DNA of 64,000 bases, taken from the NCBI RefSeq assembly GCF_963921235.1, contig NC_086097.1:150104001-150168000 (forward strand). Reading direction: 5' to 3'. The notes under the pieces are model-generated. The model worked only from the letters and a program-made list of their open reading frames with translations. It ran no database searches and was not told the DNA's origin. Source of the stretch: Mobula hypostoma (lineage: Eukaryota). The translations under genes were made by a program, and so were the position numbers. Below are positions 1 to 13,361 of the stretch, piece after piece (position 1 is the first letter of the stretch; the number at the start of each line of letters is the position of its first letter).

Positions 1-1658
1 AGCTTTGAAAACCTACTTCATTATCCACAACTCCACCTATCTTAGTATCATCTGCATACTTACTAATCCAATTTACCACCCCATCATCCAGATCATTAAT
101 ATATATGACAAACAACATTGGACCCAGTACAGATCCCTGAGGCACACCACTAGACACTGTCCTCCAATCTGACACACAGTTATCCACCACTACTCTCTGG
201 CGTCTCCCATCCAGCCACTGCTGAATCCATTTTACTACTTCGAAATTAATACCTAACGATTGAACCTTCCTAACTAACCTTTCGTGTGGAACCTTGTCAA
301 AGGCCTTACTGAAGTCCATATAGACAACATCCACCACTCTACCCTCGTCAACTTTCCTAGTAACCTCATCAAAAATTCAATAAGATTTGTCAAACATGAC
401 CTTCCACGCACAAATCCATGTTGACTGTTCCTAATCAGACCCTGTCTATCCAGATAATTATATATACCATCTCTAAGAATACTTTCCATCAATTTACTCA
501 CCACTGACATCAAACTCACAGGCCGATAATTGCTAGGTTTACTCTTAGAACCCTTTTTAAACAATGGAACAACATGAGCAATATGCCAATCCTCCGGCAC
601 CATCCCCGTTTCTAACGACGTTTGAAGTATTTCTGTCAGAGCCCCTGCTATTTCCACACTAACTTCCCTCAAGGTCCTAGGGAATATCCTGTCTGGACCC
701 AGAGACTTATCCACTTTTATATTCCTTAAAAGTGCCAGTACTTCCACTTCTTTAATCGTCATACTTTCCATAACTACCCTTCTTGTTTGCCTTACCATAC
801 ACAATTCAATATCCTTCTCCTTAGTGAATACCGAAGAAAAGAAATTGTTCAAAATCTCCCCAACTCTTTTGGCTCCACACATAGCCGTCCACTCTGATTC
901 TCTAAGGGACCAATTTTATCCCTCACTATCCTTTTGCTATTAATATAACTGTAGAAACCCTTTGGATTTATTTTCACCTTACTTGCCAAAACAGCCTCAT
1001 ATCTTCTTTTAGCTTTTCTAATTTCTTTCTTAAGATTCTTTATACATTCTTTATATTCCTTGAGTACCTCATTTACTCCTAGCTGCCTATATTTATTGAA
1101 GATCCCTCTCTTTTTCCAAATCAAGTTTCCTATATCCCTTGAAAACCATGGCTCTCTCAAACTTTTAACCTTTCCTTTCAACCTAACAGGAACATAAAGA
1201 TCCTGTACCCTTAAAATTTCACCTTTAAATGACCTCCATTTCTCTACTACACCCTTCCCATAAAACAAATTGTCCCAATCCACTCCTTCTAAATCCTTTT
1301 GCATCTCCTCAAAGTTAGCCTTTCTCTAATCAAAAATCTCAACCCTGGGTCCAGTCCTATCCTTCTCCATAATTATACTGAAACTAAAGGTATTGTGATC
1401 ACTGGACCCAAAGTGCTCCCCAACACATACCTCTGTCACCTGCCCTATCTCATTCCCTAACAGGAGATCCAACACTGCCCCTTCTCTAGTTGGTACCTCT
1501 ATGTATTGCTGCAAAAAACTATCTTGCACACATTTTACAAACTCCAAACCATCCAGCCCCTTTGCAAAATGAGCTTCCCAGTCAGTGTGTGGAAAATTAA
1601 AATCTCCCACAATCACAACCTTGTGCTTACTACAAATATCTGCTATCTCCTTACAAAT
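1..1658 (-). mobile_element. CR1-clade LINE, ORF2 fragment (APE + RT N-terminal part), frameshifted; runs off the window start
   Basis: Consecutive minus-strand ORFs 1326-1706, 849-1304 and 274-882 carry VVIVGDFNFP, LDLLL, SDHN (APE) and KSLGPD, NYRPVSL, QHGFVRGRSCLTNL (RT). Confidence 0.93.
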
Positions 1659-2179
1659 ACTTCTTGAAGAAGTATATCTCTGCAAGCCACGTTCTTCCAG
1701 TTCCAAGAGAGTGTTGCTACTGAGTGAAATGTTACTGTAATGTCAGGAATAGGAGGGATGGTGCTTCCAGTGGGTCTGAGGGAACAGTACCTCAGTCTTC
1801 AGAAGCTACATTGTTCAAGTCCGTGGAGGTCTAATTTGCAAGGGAGTTCCTGTGAAGACCTGAGCCCAGCCTATGAATGCTTCACTTTGCAGAAGCTAGC
1901 AATGCAGGCATAGTCCCATGCTTGCTTTGCCTTCTCTTTTGGGATGAAAAATAAGTAAATACAGTCTACTATTCATAAGTAGAGATTCTGACCTAAATGC
2001 AGCAGTGAGCAGCAAGCAATGATAGAAGGGATTCCCATCTGCAGCTTGGAATTAGATTATGAGGACACTCAGTCCTCGTTTAGTGTCATTTAGAAATGCA
2101 TGCATTAAGAAATGATACAATGTTCCTCCAGTATGATATCACAGAAACACAAGACAGACCAAGACTAAAACTGACAGAA

Positions 2180-3130
2180 ACCACAGAAACTACAGCACAG
2201 AAACAGGCCTTTTGGCCCTTCTTAGCTGTGCTGAACCATTTTCTGCCTAGTCCCACTGACCTGCACACGGACCATATCCCTCCATACACCTCCCATCCAT
2301 GTATCCGTCCAATTTATTCTTAAATGTTAAAAAAGAACCCGCATTTACCACCTCGTCTGGCAGCTCATTCCATACTCCCACCACTCTCTGTGTGAAGAAG
2401 CCCCCACTAATGTTCCCTTTAAACTTTTCCCCCCTCACCCTAAACCCATGTCCTCTGGTTTTTTTCTCCCCTTGCCTCAGTGGAAAAAGCCTGCTTGCAT
2501 TCACTCTGTCTATACCCATCATAATTTTATATACCTCTATCAAATCTCCCCTCATTCTTCTACGCTCCAGGGAATGAAGTCCTAACCTATTCAACCTTTC
2601 TCTGTAACTGTGTTTCTCAAGTCCCGGCAACATCCTTGTAAACCTTTTCTGCACTCTTTCAACCTTATTTATATCCTTCCTGTAATTTGGTGACCAAAAC
2701 TGAACACAATACTCCAGATTGGGCCTCACCAATGCCTTATACAACCTCATCATAACATTCCAGCTCTTATACTCAATACTTTGATTAATAAAGGTCAATG
2801 TACCAAAAGCTCTCTTTACGACCCTATCTACCTGTGACGCCACTTTTAGAGAATTTTGTATCTGTATTCCCAGATCCTTGTGTTCCACTGCACTCCTCAG
2901 TGCCTTACCATTAACCCTATATGTTCTACCTTGGTTTGTCCTTCCAACGTGCAATACCTCACACTTGTCTGTATTAAACTCCATCTGCCATTTTTCAGCC
3001 CATTTTTCCAGCTGGTCCAAGTCCCTCTGCAGGCTCTGAAAACCTTCCTCACTGTCTACTACACCTCCAATCTTTGTATCATCAGCAAATTTGCTGATCC
3101 AATTTACCACATTATCATCCAGATCATTGA
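2180..3130 (-). mobile_element. 5'-truncated CR1 LINE (RT C-terminus and 3' UTR), nested in another LINE-like 3' region (about 2055-2180 and 3130-3660)
   Basis: 287-aa ORF with KFADDTKIGG, RPNLEYCVQFWSP, TRGH and FFTQRVV..WNEL; short tandem tail near 2180. Confidence 0.92.
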
Positions 3131-3759
3131 TTGATTATAACATATAGTTACAACAGTGCAAAGCAATATCATAATCTGATAAAGAGCAGACCATGGGCAC
3201 GGTAAAAAAAAAGTTTCAAAGTCCCGATAGCCCCATCATCACACGCAGACGGTAGAAGGGAGAAACTCTCCCTGCCATGAACCTCCAGCACCGCAAACTT
3301 GCCGATGCAGCACCCTGGAAGCACCCAACTACAGCTGACTCTGTGTCCATCCGAAAATTTCGAGCCTCCAACCAGCCCTCCAACACTGAGCACCATTTCT
3401 GCCGAGCGCTTCGACCCCACCCCGGCTGCTGAGCAACAAGCAAAGCCGAGGACTCGGGGCCTTCCCCTCTGGAGATTCTGGATCGCACAGTAGCAGCGGC
3501 AGTGAAACAGGCATTTCAGAAGTTTCACCAGATGTTCCTCCATGCTCCTCACGTCTGCCTCCATCAAATCAGAATTGTGCATGGCATCCTACTTGACAAA
3601 TAACAGATATTCATTACCAGGGTGGCCGCTGCGCGCTGCGTTGCGCTGCCATCCGCTGCATCGTTATCTTGACGTTAAGGAAACTGAAAATAACTGTGGC
3701 CATGAGCAGAAACAGCCAAAGCACATTGTGTGGTTGCAATTGTTGAAGGAGATTACAAG

Positions 3760-5770
3760 TTCAATGTTCAAAGTAAATTTATTAGCGAAGTACATATATG
3801 TCACCATATACAACCCTGAGCTTTATTTTCTTGTGAGCATACTCAATAAATCCATAATAGAATAATAACCAGAATAGATCAATAAAAGACCACAGCAACT
3901 TGGGTGTTCAACCAGTGTGCGAAAGACACAAAACTGCAAATGCAAAGTGAAAGAAAGAATAACAATAAATAAAGAAACAATAAATATCTTCTATAAGTGT
4001 AATACAAAGCACTACACTTTGAAGGATTGTTTTTTGCATGATTTTGATCTATTCAATATACATATACTGTATAAAGTATACTGAATAAGATTTACTTATT
4101 TATTTATTAGTATAATTTTATTTTTTTCTTCTATATTATGTATTGCATTGAACTGCTGCTACTAAGTTAACAAATTTCACATCACATGCCATTGATATTA
4201 AACCTGATTCTGATTCTGATTCAAGAACATGAGATGAAGAGTCCTTTAATGTGAGTCCATAGGTTGTGGGAACATTTTAATGATGGGGCAAGAAAAGTTG
4301 AGTGAATTTATCCCCTTTGGTTCAAGATCCTGATAGTTGAGGGGTAATAACTGTTCCTGAACCTAGTGGTGTCAGTCCTGTACCTTGATCCTGATGGCAG
4401 CAGCAAGAAGAGAGCACGGCCTGGGTGGTGGGGGTCCCTAATAATGGAAGCTGCTTCCCTGCAATAACGCTTAATGTAGATGTACTTAATGACAGGGAGG
4501 GCTTTAGCCATGATGGACTGTGACGTTAGCACTACACTTTGAAGGATTGCCTGTTTCAAGGACATTGGTACACATTATAGATGCACATCTATGGAAATTT
4601 GTCAAGGTTTTAGATGTCATGCCAAATCTTCGCAAACTCTTAAGGAAATAGAGGCACTGCCATGCTTTCTTTGTAATTGCGCTTACATGCTAGGCCCGGG
4701 ACTGGTCCTTGAAAAGGAATTGAAAGTTGCTGACACTCTCCATCTCTGATCCTCTGAAGAGAACTGGTTTCCTTCTGACAATAATCAGTTCTTCAGTCTT
4801 GCTGATTGTGCAGATGGAGATTGTGAAGGAGATATTGTTGCCAATCTGAACTGACTGAGGTTTGCAAGTGAGGAAACGGAGGACCCAATTGCTCGAAGAG
4901 GTATTGAGGCTAAGGTCTTGAAGTTTATTGATTAGTTTTGAAGGGATAATGGCATTGATTGCGAAGCTGCAGTCGATAAGGTACATCCTGATGTATGTAT
5001 CTTTGCTGTCCAGATGTTCCAGGGTGAGTGAATAGGCAATGAGATGGCATCTGCTGTGGACCTGTTGTGCCGGTAGGCAAAATGGAGTGGATCCAAGTCA
5101 TTTCTCAGGCAGGAGTTGATATGTTTCATCACCAATCTCTCGAGACACTTCATCACAGTGGATGTAAGTGCTACTGGGCAATAGTCATTGGGGCAGATCA
5201 CCACGCTCTTCTTGGGCACCAGTAAAATTGAAACCTGCTTGTGTAACTCAGACTGCTGCAGCAAGAGGTTAAAGATCTCAGTGAACGCTCCAGCCAGTTG
5301 ATCAGCAGGTCTTTAGTACTTGGCCAGCTATCCCGACTCAGCCGGATGCTTTTCATGGGATCACCTGGTGAAGGCTGCTCACACATTGGCCTCAGAGACT
5401 GAAGTGACAGGATCATCAGGGACTGTGTGAGCTTGTGATGGTTCCTCCATGCTTTGACAGTCAAAACAAGCATAGAAGGCATCGAGCTCATCTGGAAGCA
5501 AAGCTCGGTTGTTGCCTATGTCGCTTGATTTAACCTTATAAGAGGAGATAGCATTTAAGCCCCGCCACAACTGTCGAGCATCTTTTGTAGATTCTAATGT
5601 AGTCCAGAATTGCCCCTTTGCCCATGCGATGGCTTTCCAGAGATCGTGCCTGGAACTCTTGTAACTTTCCTGGTTACCAGACTTGACTGCCTCTGATCTG
5701 GGCCTCAGCAGATTGCAGACCTCATGGTTCATTCATTGCTTCTGGTTGGGGAAAACTCTGAATGATTTTG
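3760..5770 (-). mobile_element. Degenerate Rex1/Babar-type LINE (RT fragments and 3' tails)
   Basis: ORF fragments NDYCPVALTSTVMKCLERLV, LDPLHFAYRHNRSTADAI, IIRDPHHPG..LLPSGSRYR..RFRNSYYP, typical of Rex1/Babar ORF2. Confidence 0.85.
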
Positions 5771-5993
5771 TGGGGACTCACTGATACAAGTGCCCATGAA
5801 GTCTCACCTGAATGTTGACAGCATAGGTTTGAGAGAAATGGGTTATTAGAACTTAATTGTTCTTTGAATACATATGGTCTGTTTTGCAGATCAGAATTAT
5901 TCTGCATTCTGTTATTGTTTTTCCTTTTGTTCTACATTACTGTATTTATATTTGGAATGATGTCAGGATGGAATGCAAAATAAAGCTTATCAT

Positions 5994-6395
5994 TGTCACC
6001 AGGTTTGGATATGGCCCAAGTGCGGAGTGAGAGACACTGAAGCAGGTCGATAGATCACAGACTTTAATGCAAATAGTGTTAAAGGGAAAAGAAAACAATA
6101 AACACTAGGTCAAACAGGGCCGTTAACTAAAACTCCCAAATGGAAAATGAAGCCTACACTGTGGCTGAAAAGAACAACTAAGAATTAAACGAATACCGCC
6201 AGTCTCCAGAGTCAGTTGACTCAACAGTCCAATTTCTCAGGCAAGGTGGAATGCAGGCAGCAAAGTGTTGCTGTGTCCAAGTCTCGACAAGCACCACGAC
6301 AGAATGAATGGAGTTAATACTATCACAACGAAGTAGTAATTGCTGACATGTGCACTTGCTGAATCTGATGCGCTGCCGAATCCGTGGTTGTGACA
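5994..6395 (-). mobile_element. Probable solo LTR (about 402 bp)
   Basis: Termini TGTCAC...GTGACA form a perfect 6-bp inverted repeat; degenerate 5-bp flanks ATCAT/ATCGC; ATTAAA on the minus strand near 6063; no coding capacity. Confidence 0.6.
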
Positions 6396-6840
6396 ATCGC
6401 TGTCCATGTGAATCAGAAGCCACTCACCAATTTTGCATGAGTACCGTTGCTGATGTCATACGCAGCAGCTTTACGACAGAATGAAAATGCTAAACTGAAA
6501 GAAAATCCTGTGAAAAAGTTGGGAGTTGGATTTCTTAAGACACCTGGAAATGCTTGCAAAGTTGCTCCGCTTTGCGGTAAGTGAATTCCCAAATGCAAAG
6601 GACTTTTTCTGGACATTTCTAGGCCCAGCTCTGCACCAACTGTTGCCCAACTCCATTCCCTTTTCCTATGATTCTCTGCTAGAAGCTTTCTTTCCTTACT
6701 TTTGTCTGGCCCACAAGAAGCACCGTTGATCAAAATCACCGCTCATATTGTTGTTACTTTGGAATTGATCTGCACCAACCAGGAAAGCCACAGCTCAGTG
6801 TCTGGTTTGCTCTGAGTTACTTCATACAGCTGGATTTCTT

Positions 6841-7624
6841 ATCCCAGTAAGCGTAAGTGCTACACCTGTCCCTACACCTCCTCTCTTGCCACCATTCAGG
6901 GCCCCAAACAGTCCTTCCAGATGAGGCAACACCTCACTTGTGAGTCTGTTGGGGTCATCTATTGCATCCGGTGCTCCCGGTGTGGTCTCCTCTACATTGG
7001 TGAAACCCGACACAGATTGGGGGACCGCTTCGTCCGCTAAAACAGACAGGATCTCCCAGTAGCCACCCACTTCAACTCTGCTTCCCACTCCCATTCAGAT
7101 ATGTCCATACATGGCCTCCTCTACTGCCATGATGAGGCTAAACTCAGGTTGGAGGAGCAACACCTCATATACCGTCTAGGTAGTCTCCAGTCCCTTGGTA
7201 TGAACATAGAGTTCTCCAATTTCCGGTAATTCTCTTCCCCTCCCTTTCCCTATCCCTATGTCACTCTGCCCCCTCCCCCAGCTGCCTACCACCTCCCTCT
7301 TGGTTCCACCTCCTTCTACTACCCATTGTGTTTTCCCCGATTCCTGCTTCATCTTTCCTGCCTATCACCTTCCTGCTTCCTCTCTCCCACCCCTTTATCT
7401 TTCCCCTTACTGGTTTTTCACCTGGAACCTCCCAGCCTTCTCCTTCCCGCCCTCCCCCCACCTTCTTTATAGGGCCTCTGCCCCTTCCCTCTACAGTCCT
7501 GACGAAGGGTTCCGGCCTGAAACGCCGACCGATCTTTTCCACGGATGCTGCCCGACCTGCTGAGTTCCTCCAGCATGTTGTGAGTGTTGCTTTGACCCCA
7601 GCATCTGCAGATTATTTTGTGTTT
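6841..7624 (+). mobile_element. Penelope-like element 3' fragment (GIY-YIG region and terminus) with 10-bp TSD
   Basis: Encodes GVIYCIRCSRCGLLYIGET; pyrimidine-rich 3' region; degenerate hammerhead motif at 7495-7530; TGGATTTCTT at 6831-6840 and 7625-7634. Confidence 0.88.
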
Positions 7625-8419
7625 TGGATTTCTTCTTCTTTTCCTCAGTCAGTCCCATGGGACAGTGGAGGACTTCCTTCCAGTCATTTCTATGGGTTGT
7701 GAAGCAACGGAAGAGGCCAGTGTGGGATCTGTACATTCTGCCACAGAAGATGTCTGCTAGGGGGACTGAATGGTTCGTGAGGTAATAAACTCTTCGATTG
7801 TTTTCACTGGCCTGCTGTATGGTCTTGATGTAGAGATTCGACATTACCTGCTGCATTGCAGCTGCTTGAACACACAAACATATCAGCTATATCATGAAGG
7901 ATCCCAACCACTCTGTTCATGGACTGTTTGTCCCACCCTGATCAGGGGAGAAACTGTGCAGCATTCACACCAGGACCATGGGACTCCAAAACAGTTACTT
8001 CCCCTAAACCATCAGGCTGATCAACACCGCCCCCTCCCAACTAATCATCCCACCGCTACATATACATCATCTAGCATCACTTTGTGTGCATACAATCAGT
8101 CTATGTATATAACAGTAATGTGTATATTTTAGAGGATTTTTTAAAATATTTATGTGTTATTTTTTGTTTTTTAATTGTGTTCTTTATGCTTGTTGTTTTT
8201 TTTTTGTTATGCTGCATTGGACCCAGAGTAACATCCTTTTGTTCCCCCTTTACACTCACGTACAGAAGAATGACAATAAATAAACTTGGATCTGGAATCT
8301 AGGGTCAAGAGTACGCCTCATGTTAGCTCCTCAATTCGATAGGATCATGGCTAATCTCAGCCTCTGTATCCCCATCACCTTTGATCAGTTTTAATGGTCT
8401 TCTTTTTAAAAGTCTATCC

Positions 8420-10955
8420 ACCACTGGTGGTGGCATCCATTAGTCTCGCGAGACCATGGATCTGCACCTGGAAAGTCTTGCTTCAGTCTATGTTAGAGCA
8501 GCGTCTGTTGTGGCTGTAGAGGCCCTCACAGGAGTGACAGTCTCGGCTGCAGCGACTGCACTTGAAGGCGCTGTCCTCCAGTATTGTCTTGGTGTTGTTT
8601 TTCCGATGAGTGCGCTTTTCTTCAGCAGCAAGCCTCAGCTTCTCTTCTCCTCTTTTTAGACCTCTGCGTAGTTCCAGCCTCCAGGGAGAGTGATCACTTG
8701 CGATGTCCTCCCACCTCTCGACGTTCACTTTCAGTGACTTCATGTCTCTCTTGCAAACATCTTTGAAAGGAAGATGGGGCCACCCTTGTGCTCTCTTGCC
8801 AGAGGCCAGTACCCTGTACAACAGGTCTTTCGGGATCCTCCCGTCTGACATGCGGTGTACGTGGCCCAGCCAGTGGAGACGGCGTTGTTGGAGCAGGGTG
8901 AAGAGGTTGGGTATCTGGGCGCAGGCCAGGACCTCATTGTTGGTGACTCGGTCAGTCCACGTGATGTCCAGGATGCATCTCAGGCTGCAAAGGTGGAAGG
9001 CGTTGAGACGCCGCTCTTGACTGTAGTAGAGGCTCCAGGTCTCACTGCCATAAAGCAGTGTGCTGAGGACGCAGGCCCTGTAATTGCAACTTTGGTGTGC
9101 GTCGTCAGCTTTCTGTTCTCCCAGACTCTCTTTGTCAACCTGGCGAATGTTGAGGCTGCTCGTCCGATCCGTCTGTTAATCTCGGGGTCTAGGGAGAGGC
9201 TGTCCGTGATGGTGGAGCCAAGGTATGTAAACTCGTGAACTACCTCCAGCTTGTAGTTGTTGATGGTAATGGCAGGGAGGTGCTCAACGCCTTGGCCCAA
9301 CATATTGGTTTTCTTCAGGCTGATGGTCAAGCTGACGTCCTGGCAGGCTCTTGAGAAGCTGTCCATGAGGCGTTGCAGTTGCTCTTCAGAGTGTGTTGCC
9401 AGTGCCGCGTCATCTGCGAAAACATGTCCCTAATGAGTACTTCTCGAACCTTGGTTTTTGCCCTCAGCCGGGACAGACTGAATAGCCTTCTGTCCGATCT
9501 GGTGTGGAGGTAGATACCATCAGTTGATTTTCCAAAGGCGTGCTTCAGCATGACTGCGAAGAAGATGCCAAACAGGGTGGGGGCAAGCACACAGCTCTGC
9601 TTCACACTGCTGCGGATGTTGAAGGCCTCTGAAGAAGAGCCGTCGAACTGAACGACGCCCTTGATGTCTGTGTGGAATGACTGAACTATCCTGAGGAGCC
9701 TCGGGGGACAACCAATTCTGGCGAGGATTTTGAACAGGCCGTCTCTGCTCACAAGGTCGAAGGCCTTTGTGAGGTCAATGAAAGCGACGTAGAGTGGTTG
9801 TCTTTGCTCTCTGCGTTTCTCTTGTAGCTGTCGAAGGGAGAAGATCATGTTGGTTGTGGAGCGTTCTGACTTGAAACCGCACTGAGACTCGGTATATACC
9901 CTTTCAGCTATCTTCTGCAGTCTGTTCAGGACCACGTGGGTGAAGACCTTCCCAACGATGCTCAGCAAGGAGATTCCCCTGTAGGTGTTACAGTCCCTTC
10001 TGTCCCCTTTGTTCTTATATATGGTGATAATGTTGCAGTCTCTCATGTCTTGCGGCACTGCTCCCTCTGTCCAGCACTGGCACAGTAGTTCATGCAGGTG
10101 GTTTAGCAGGACGCCTTTTGCGCATTTGATGGCCACTAGCAGAATGCCATCCAATCCTGGTGCCTTCCCAGTGGGCAGGCTGTCGATGGCTTTACTCAGC
10201 TCTTCGGCAGTCGGCAATGCATCAAGTTCCTCCATGACAGGCAGGCATTCCACAGCGTCTAGCGCGCTGTTTAAGATGCTGTTTTCTCTGGAGAAGAGTT
10301 CAGAGTAATACTCCACCCATCTCTCCATCTGCTTGCCTTTGTCATTGATGGTCTCGCCTGTTACGGTTTTCAGTGGTGCTGTCTTGCTCTGGGTTGGCCT
10401 GTGCCTTTCTTGATCCCCTTGTACACTCCACAGATGTTGCCTGTGTCAAATGATGACTGAATGCTTTCGCATAGTTGTAGCCAGTAGTCATTTGCACAGC
10501 GTCTGGCTGTTTCCTGGGCCTTGCTTCTTGCTGTCCTTAGCGCTTGCAGTGTTGCCTGGGTGGGGTGGTGTTTGTGCTCTAGTAGTGCAACATGCTTCAC
10601 CTCGATGACAGCGGTGAGCTTACTTGAGCTCGCTTCAAACCAGTCCTGTGTCTTGCCCCGTTTCTTCCCGAAGGCCTTGAGTGCAGTGCTGTGGATAGTG
10701 TCCCTGAGAGAGTCCCATCTCTGCTGAGCATCTCCTTCTGGTGGGTCTGCAAGGAGAGCATCCTCCAGTGAATTGATGAACTCTGCAGCTTTGTCTGGGT
10801 GTTGTGTCTTACTGGCATCGATGCGCTGCTTGTCTGGAGGCTTGTCGTAGTGCATCTTCTTCAGCCGAAGTCTGATCTTGCAGCAAACCAGAGAGTGTTC
10901 CGTGTCGCAGTCAGCACTCTGAAAGGAGCGAGTCATGAGCATGTTTCTCAGGTGA
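8420..10955 (-). mobile_element. RTE-clade LINE, 5'-truncated and frameshifted
   Basis: ORFs with DCDTEHSLV (end of APE), KAPGLDG, YRGISLLSIVGKV, AFIDLTKAFD, MSDGRIPKDLLY and a C-terminal CxxC...H..H..C motif; short (CCA)-type tail on the element strand. Confidence 0.92.
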
Positions 10956-11029
10956 CGTGCTCATCACTGGCTTAAAATTATTCAAAGAATTGTTTTTACT
11001 TACTTTGATGAAGAACGTTTCAAAGACAG

Positions 11030-13100
11030 ACAACCCCGTGAAAGGAAAAGATTCACTTTATCTCTGCCTCCACTTAACCCAGTCAAAGCCTCTCAGGATC
11101 TTAGGTCTCAGTCAGGCTACCTTTCACTCTTCTAAACTCACCTAGAAACAAGCCTAGCCTGTTCATTCTTATCTCCTGAGTCAACCTGCCCATTCCAGTT
11201 ACAAGTCAAGTAATTCTCTGCATTTTTTCCAGTCCATTTATACCTTTCCTTAAATAAATGCTCCAGCTGTAGTCTCATCAATGCCATATACAACAGAAGT
11301 ATAAACTTCCTGCTCCTGTATTTAATTCCCTCTCAATAAATTATGAATAAAAATTAATATTTTCTTTTTACTTGCTGGACCTGTGATCTACCCTTTTTAA
11401 GACATGAAGATCATCACCTAGATCAGGGGTTCCCAACTTTTTTATGCCAAGGGCCCCTATCATTAACTGAGGGCTCTCTGGACCCCAAGCTGGGAACCCC
11501 GGATAGATTCCTCTCCATCTCAAATCTCTATTTCCTACCATCTAAATAATAGGTTCCCTTTTTATCATTTCTATCAAAATAGACAACTGCACTTCATGCT
11601 CCATTTGCCAGATCTTTGCTTTCTCATTTAACCTATCTATATCCCACATTACAAGTATTTTTCCACCTACCTTTATCATCAATAAATTCAAATACTGTGG
11701 TTTCAGACTCTTCATCCAAGTTATTTACATAGATAGTAAAATGTTGAGGTACCTACCTGATTGTGCTGACCTTCACTTGTTCTACCTTGCCAACAAGAAA
11801 AAGTCCAGCTTTTGCTTCCAGCAAAACCTGCTAACCTTCTATTCATGCCAATATGTTACTTCCTAAACATAATCTTTTATGTTCTGCGATAGCCTTTGAT
11901 GTTGCAAATTATCATATACCTTCTGGAAATCTAAGTATATATTTATCTTACAGCACATGTTAATTCTTCAAAGAACTACATTAGATTGTTCAAACATGAT
12001 CTCCTTTCACAGAAACATATTGACTTTTCTTGGTTACCTTGAATTTTTCTAAGTACCCTGGCTTAACATCTCTAGTAATAATTTCTAACATTTTTACTAT
12101 GACAGATATTAAATTAACTGGTTTATTGCTTTCTGTTTTATGTTGTCATCTGTTTTTGAATAAAGGAGTTACATTTGATATTTTCCAATCAAATTAAATT
12201 TTCCCCATTTCTAGGGAATTTTAGAAAATTGAAACTAATGCAACAACTATCTCACCAGCCACTGCTTATAAGACACTTGGATGAAGTACATCAGGGACTG
12301 AGGATTCGTCAACCTGCCGCTCCAGCAATTTTCTCCGTTTCACCTCCCTGCTGTTTGTAATTTTCCTAGCTCTCTCCATCTTCCAGTTCCAGATAAACAA
12401 CTACTGTTTGGGAATTTGCTTGCATCCCTGATAGTGAAGATGTAGGCACTAATCTACTTATCATTCTCTTGTTTTTTTCCATTATGAAATATCCCCGTTC
12501 CACTTTATATAGGACCATTGGGGGCACAAGAGACTGCAGATGCTGGAATGTGGAGCAGAAGATAAACTGTTGAGGGAGCAGTGTCAGGGGATGGACAACA
12601 TTTCAAGATGAGATTCTGCATCAGTACTGAGTGTAGAGGAAGATATTCATCTGGTAGAAGTGAGACAGAGTGTGATAGGTGGAAACATAAGGAAAAAAAT
12701 TGGAAAGTTGTGGCAGGCTTGGGGGGGAAAGGGGCAAGGAATAGAAAGTGGCCGGTAGGTTATAGGCAAAACCAAATAAAAGAAGGGTGATGGGCAGAAG
12801 GAACCAAATTTGGAGGGGAAGGAGTTTTAGTAACAACCGTATGCTGTCATCTGCAGAAATTATATGCTGGTTCTTTTTAGGTGTTACTACTTTTAACATT
12901 TTTAGTTAAGCTGTTATAATGGGACCTCTTTTGGGATTTCCCTATTGGAATGTAGCTCTTCTATGTATTTTGAAGTATCCCCATGAATATCAGCCACTGC
13001 ATTTCAGCTCTTCAAATTGTTCTCAGTTAATACGTAATCTTTAATTTCGATTGCTGGTCTTCGAACCATTCTTCTCTCCCTTCAACTGAATATAAAAATT
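11030..13100 (-). mobile_element. Highly decayed old CR1 LINE with nested inserts
   Basis: Eroded CR1 motifs in the same order as the young copies, e.g. ctccatttgcca (WQME), gcctttgatgttgcaaattatcatataccttctggaaatctaag (LDFQK..D) and cctttcacagaaacatattgact (QxxFVKG). Confidence 0.6.
11424..11501. mobile_element. hAT-Charlie-type MITE (about 78 bp)
   Basis: TIRs CAGGGGTTCCCAA / CTGGGAACCCCG; same family as 56429-56507; TSD eroded. Confidence 0.7.
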
Positions 13101-13116
13101 CAGTCATATTATGTGT

Positions 13117-13299
13117 CCAATCACAAACAAAGAAAATCTGCAGATGCTGTAAATCCAAGCAACACACACAAAATGCTGGAGGAACTCAGCAGGCCAGGCA
13201 GCATCTATAGAAAAGAGTAAACAGTTGGCGTTTCGGGTCCAAGACCCTTCGATAGATGTCGCCTGGCCTGCAGAGTTCCTCCAGCATTTTGTGTGTGCT
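13117..13299. mobile_element. Short inverted-repeat Penelope-like insertion
   Basis: PLE terminus on the minus strand followed by its inverted copy; flanks GTCATATTATGTGT (13103-13116) and GTCATGTTATGCGT (13300-13313). Confidence 0.75.
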
Positions 13300-13361
13300 G
13301 TCATGTTATGCGTGTTGCTTTTTGATTTCCAGCATCTGCAGAATTTCGCATGTTTTTATTA

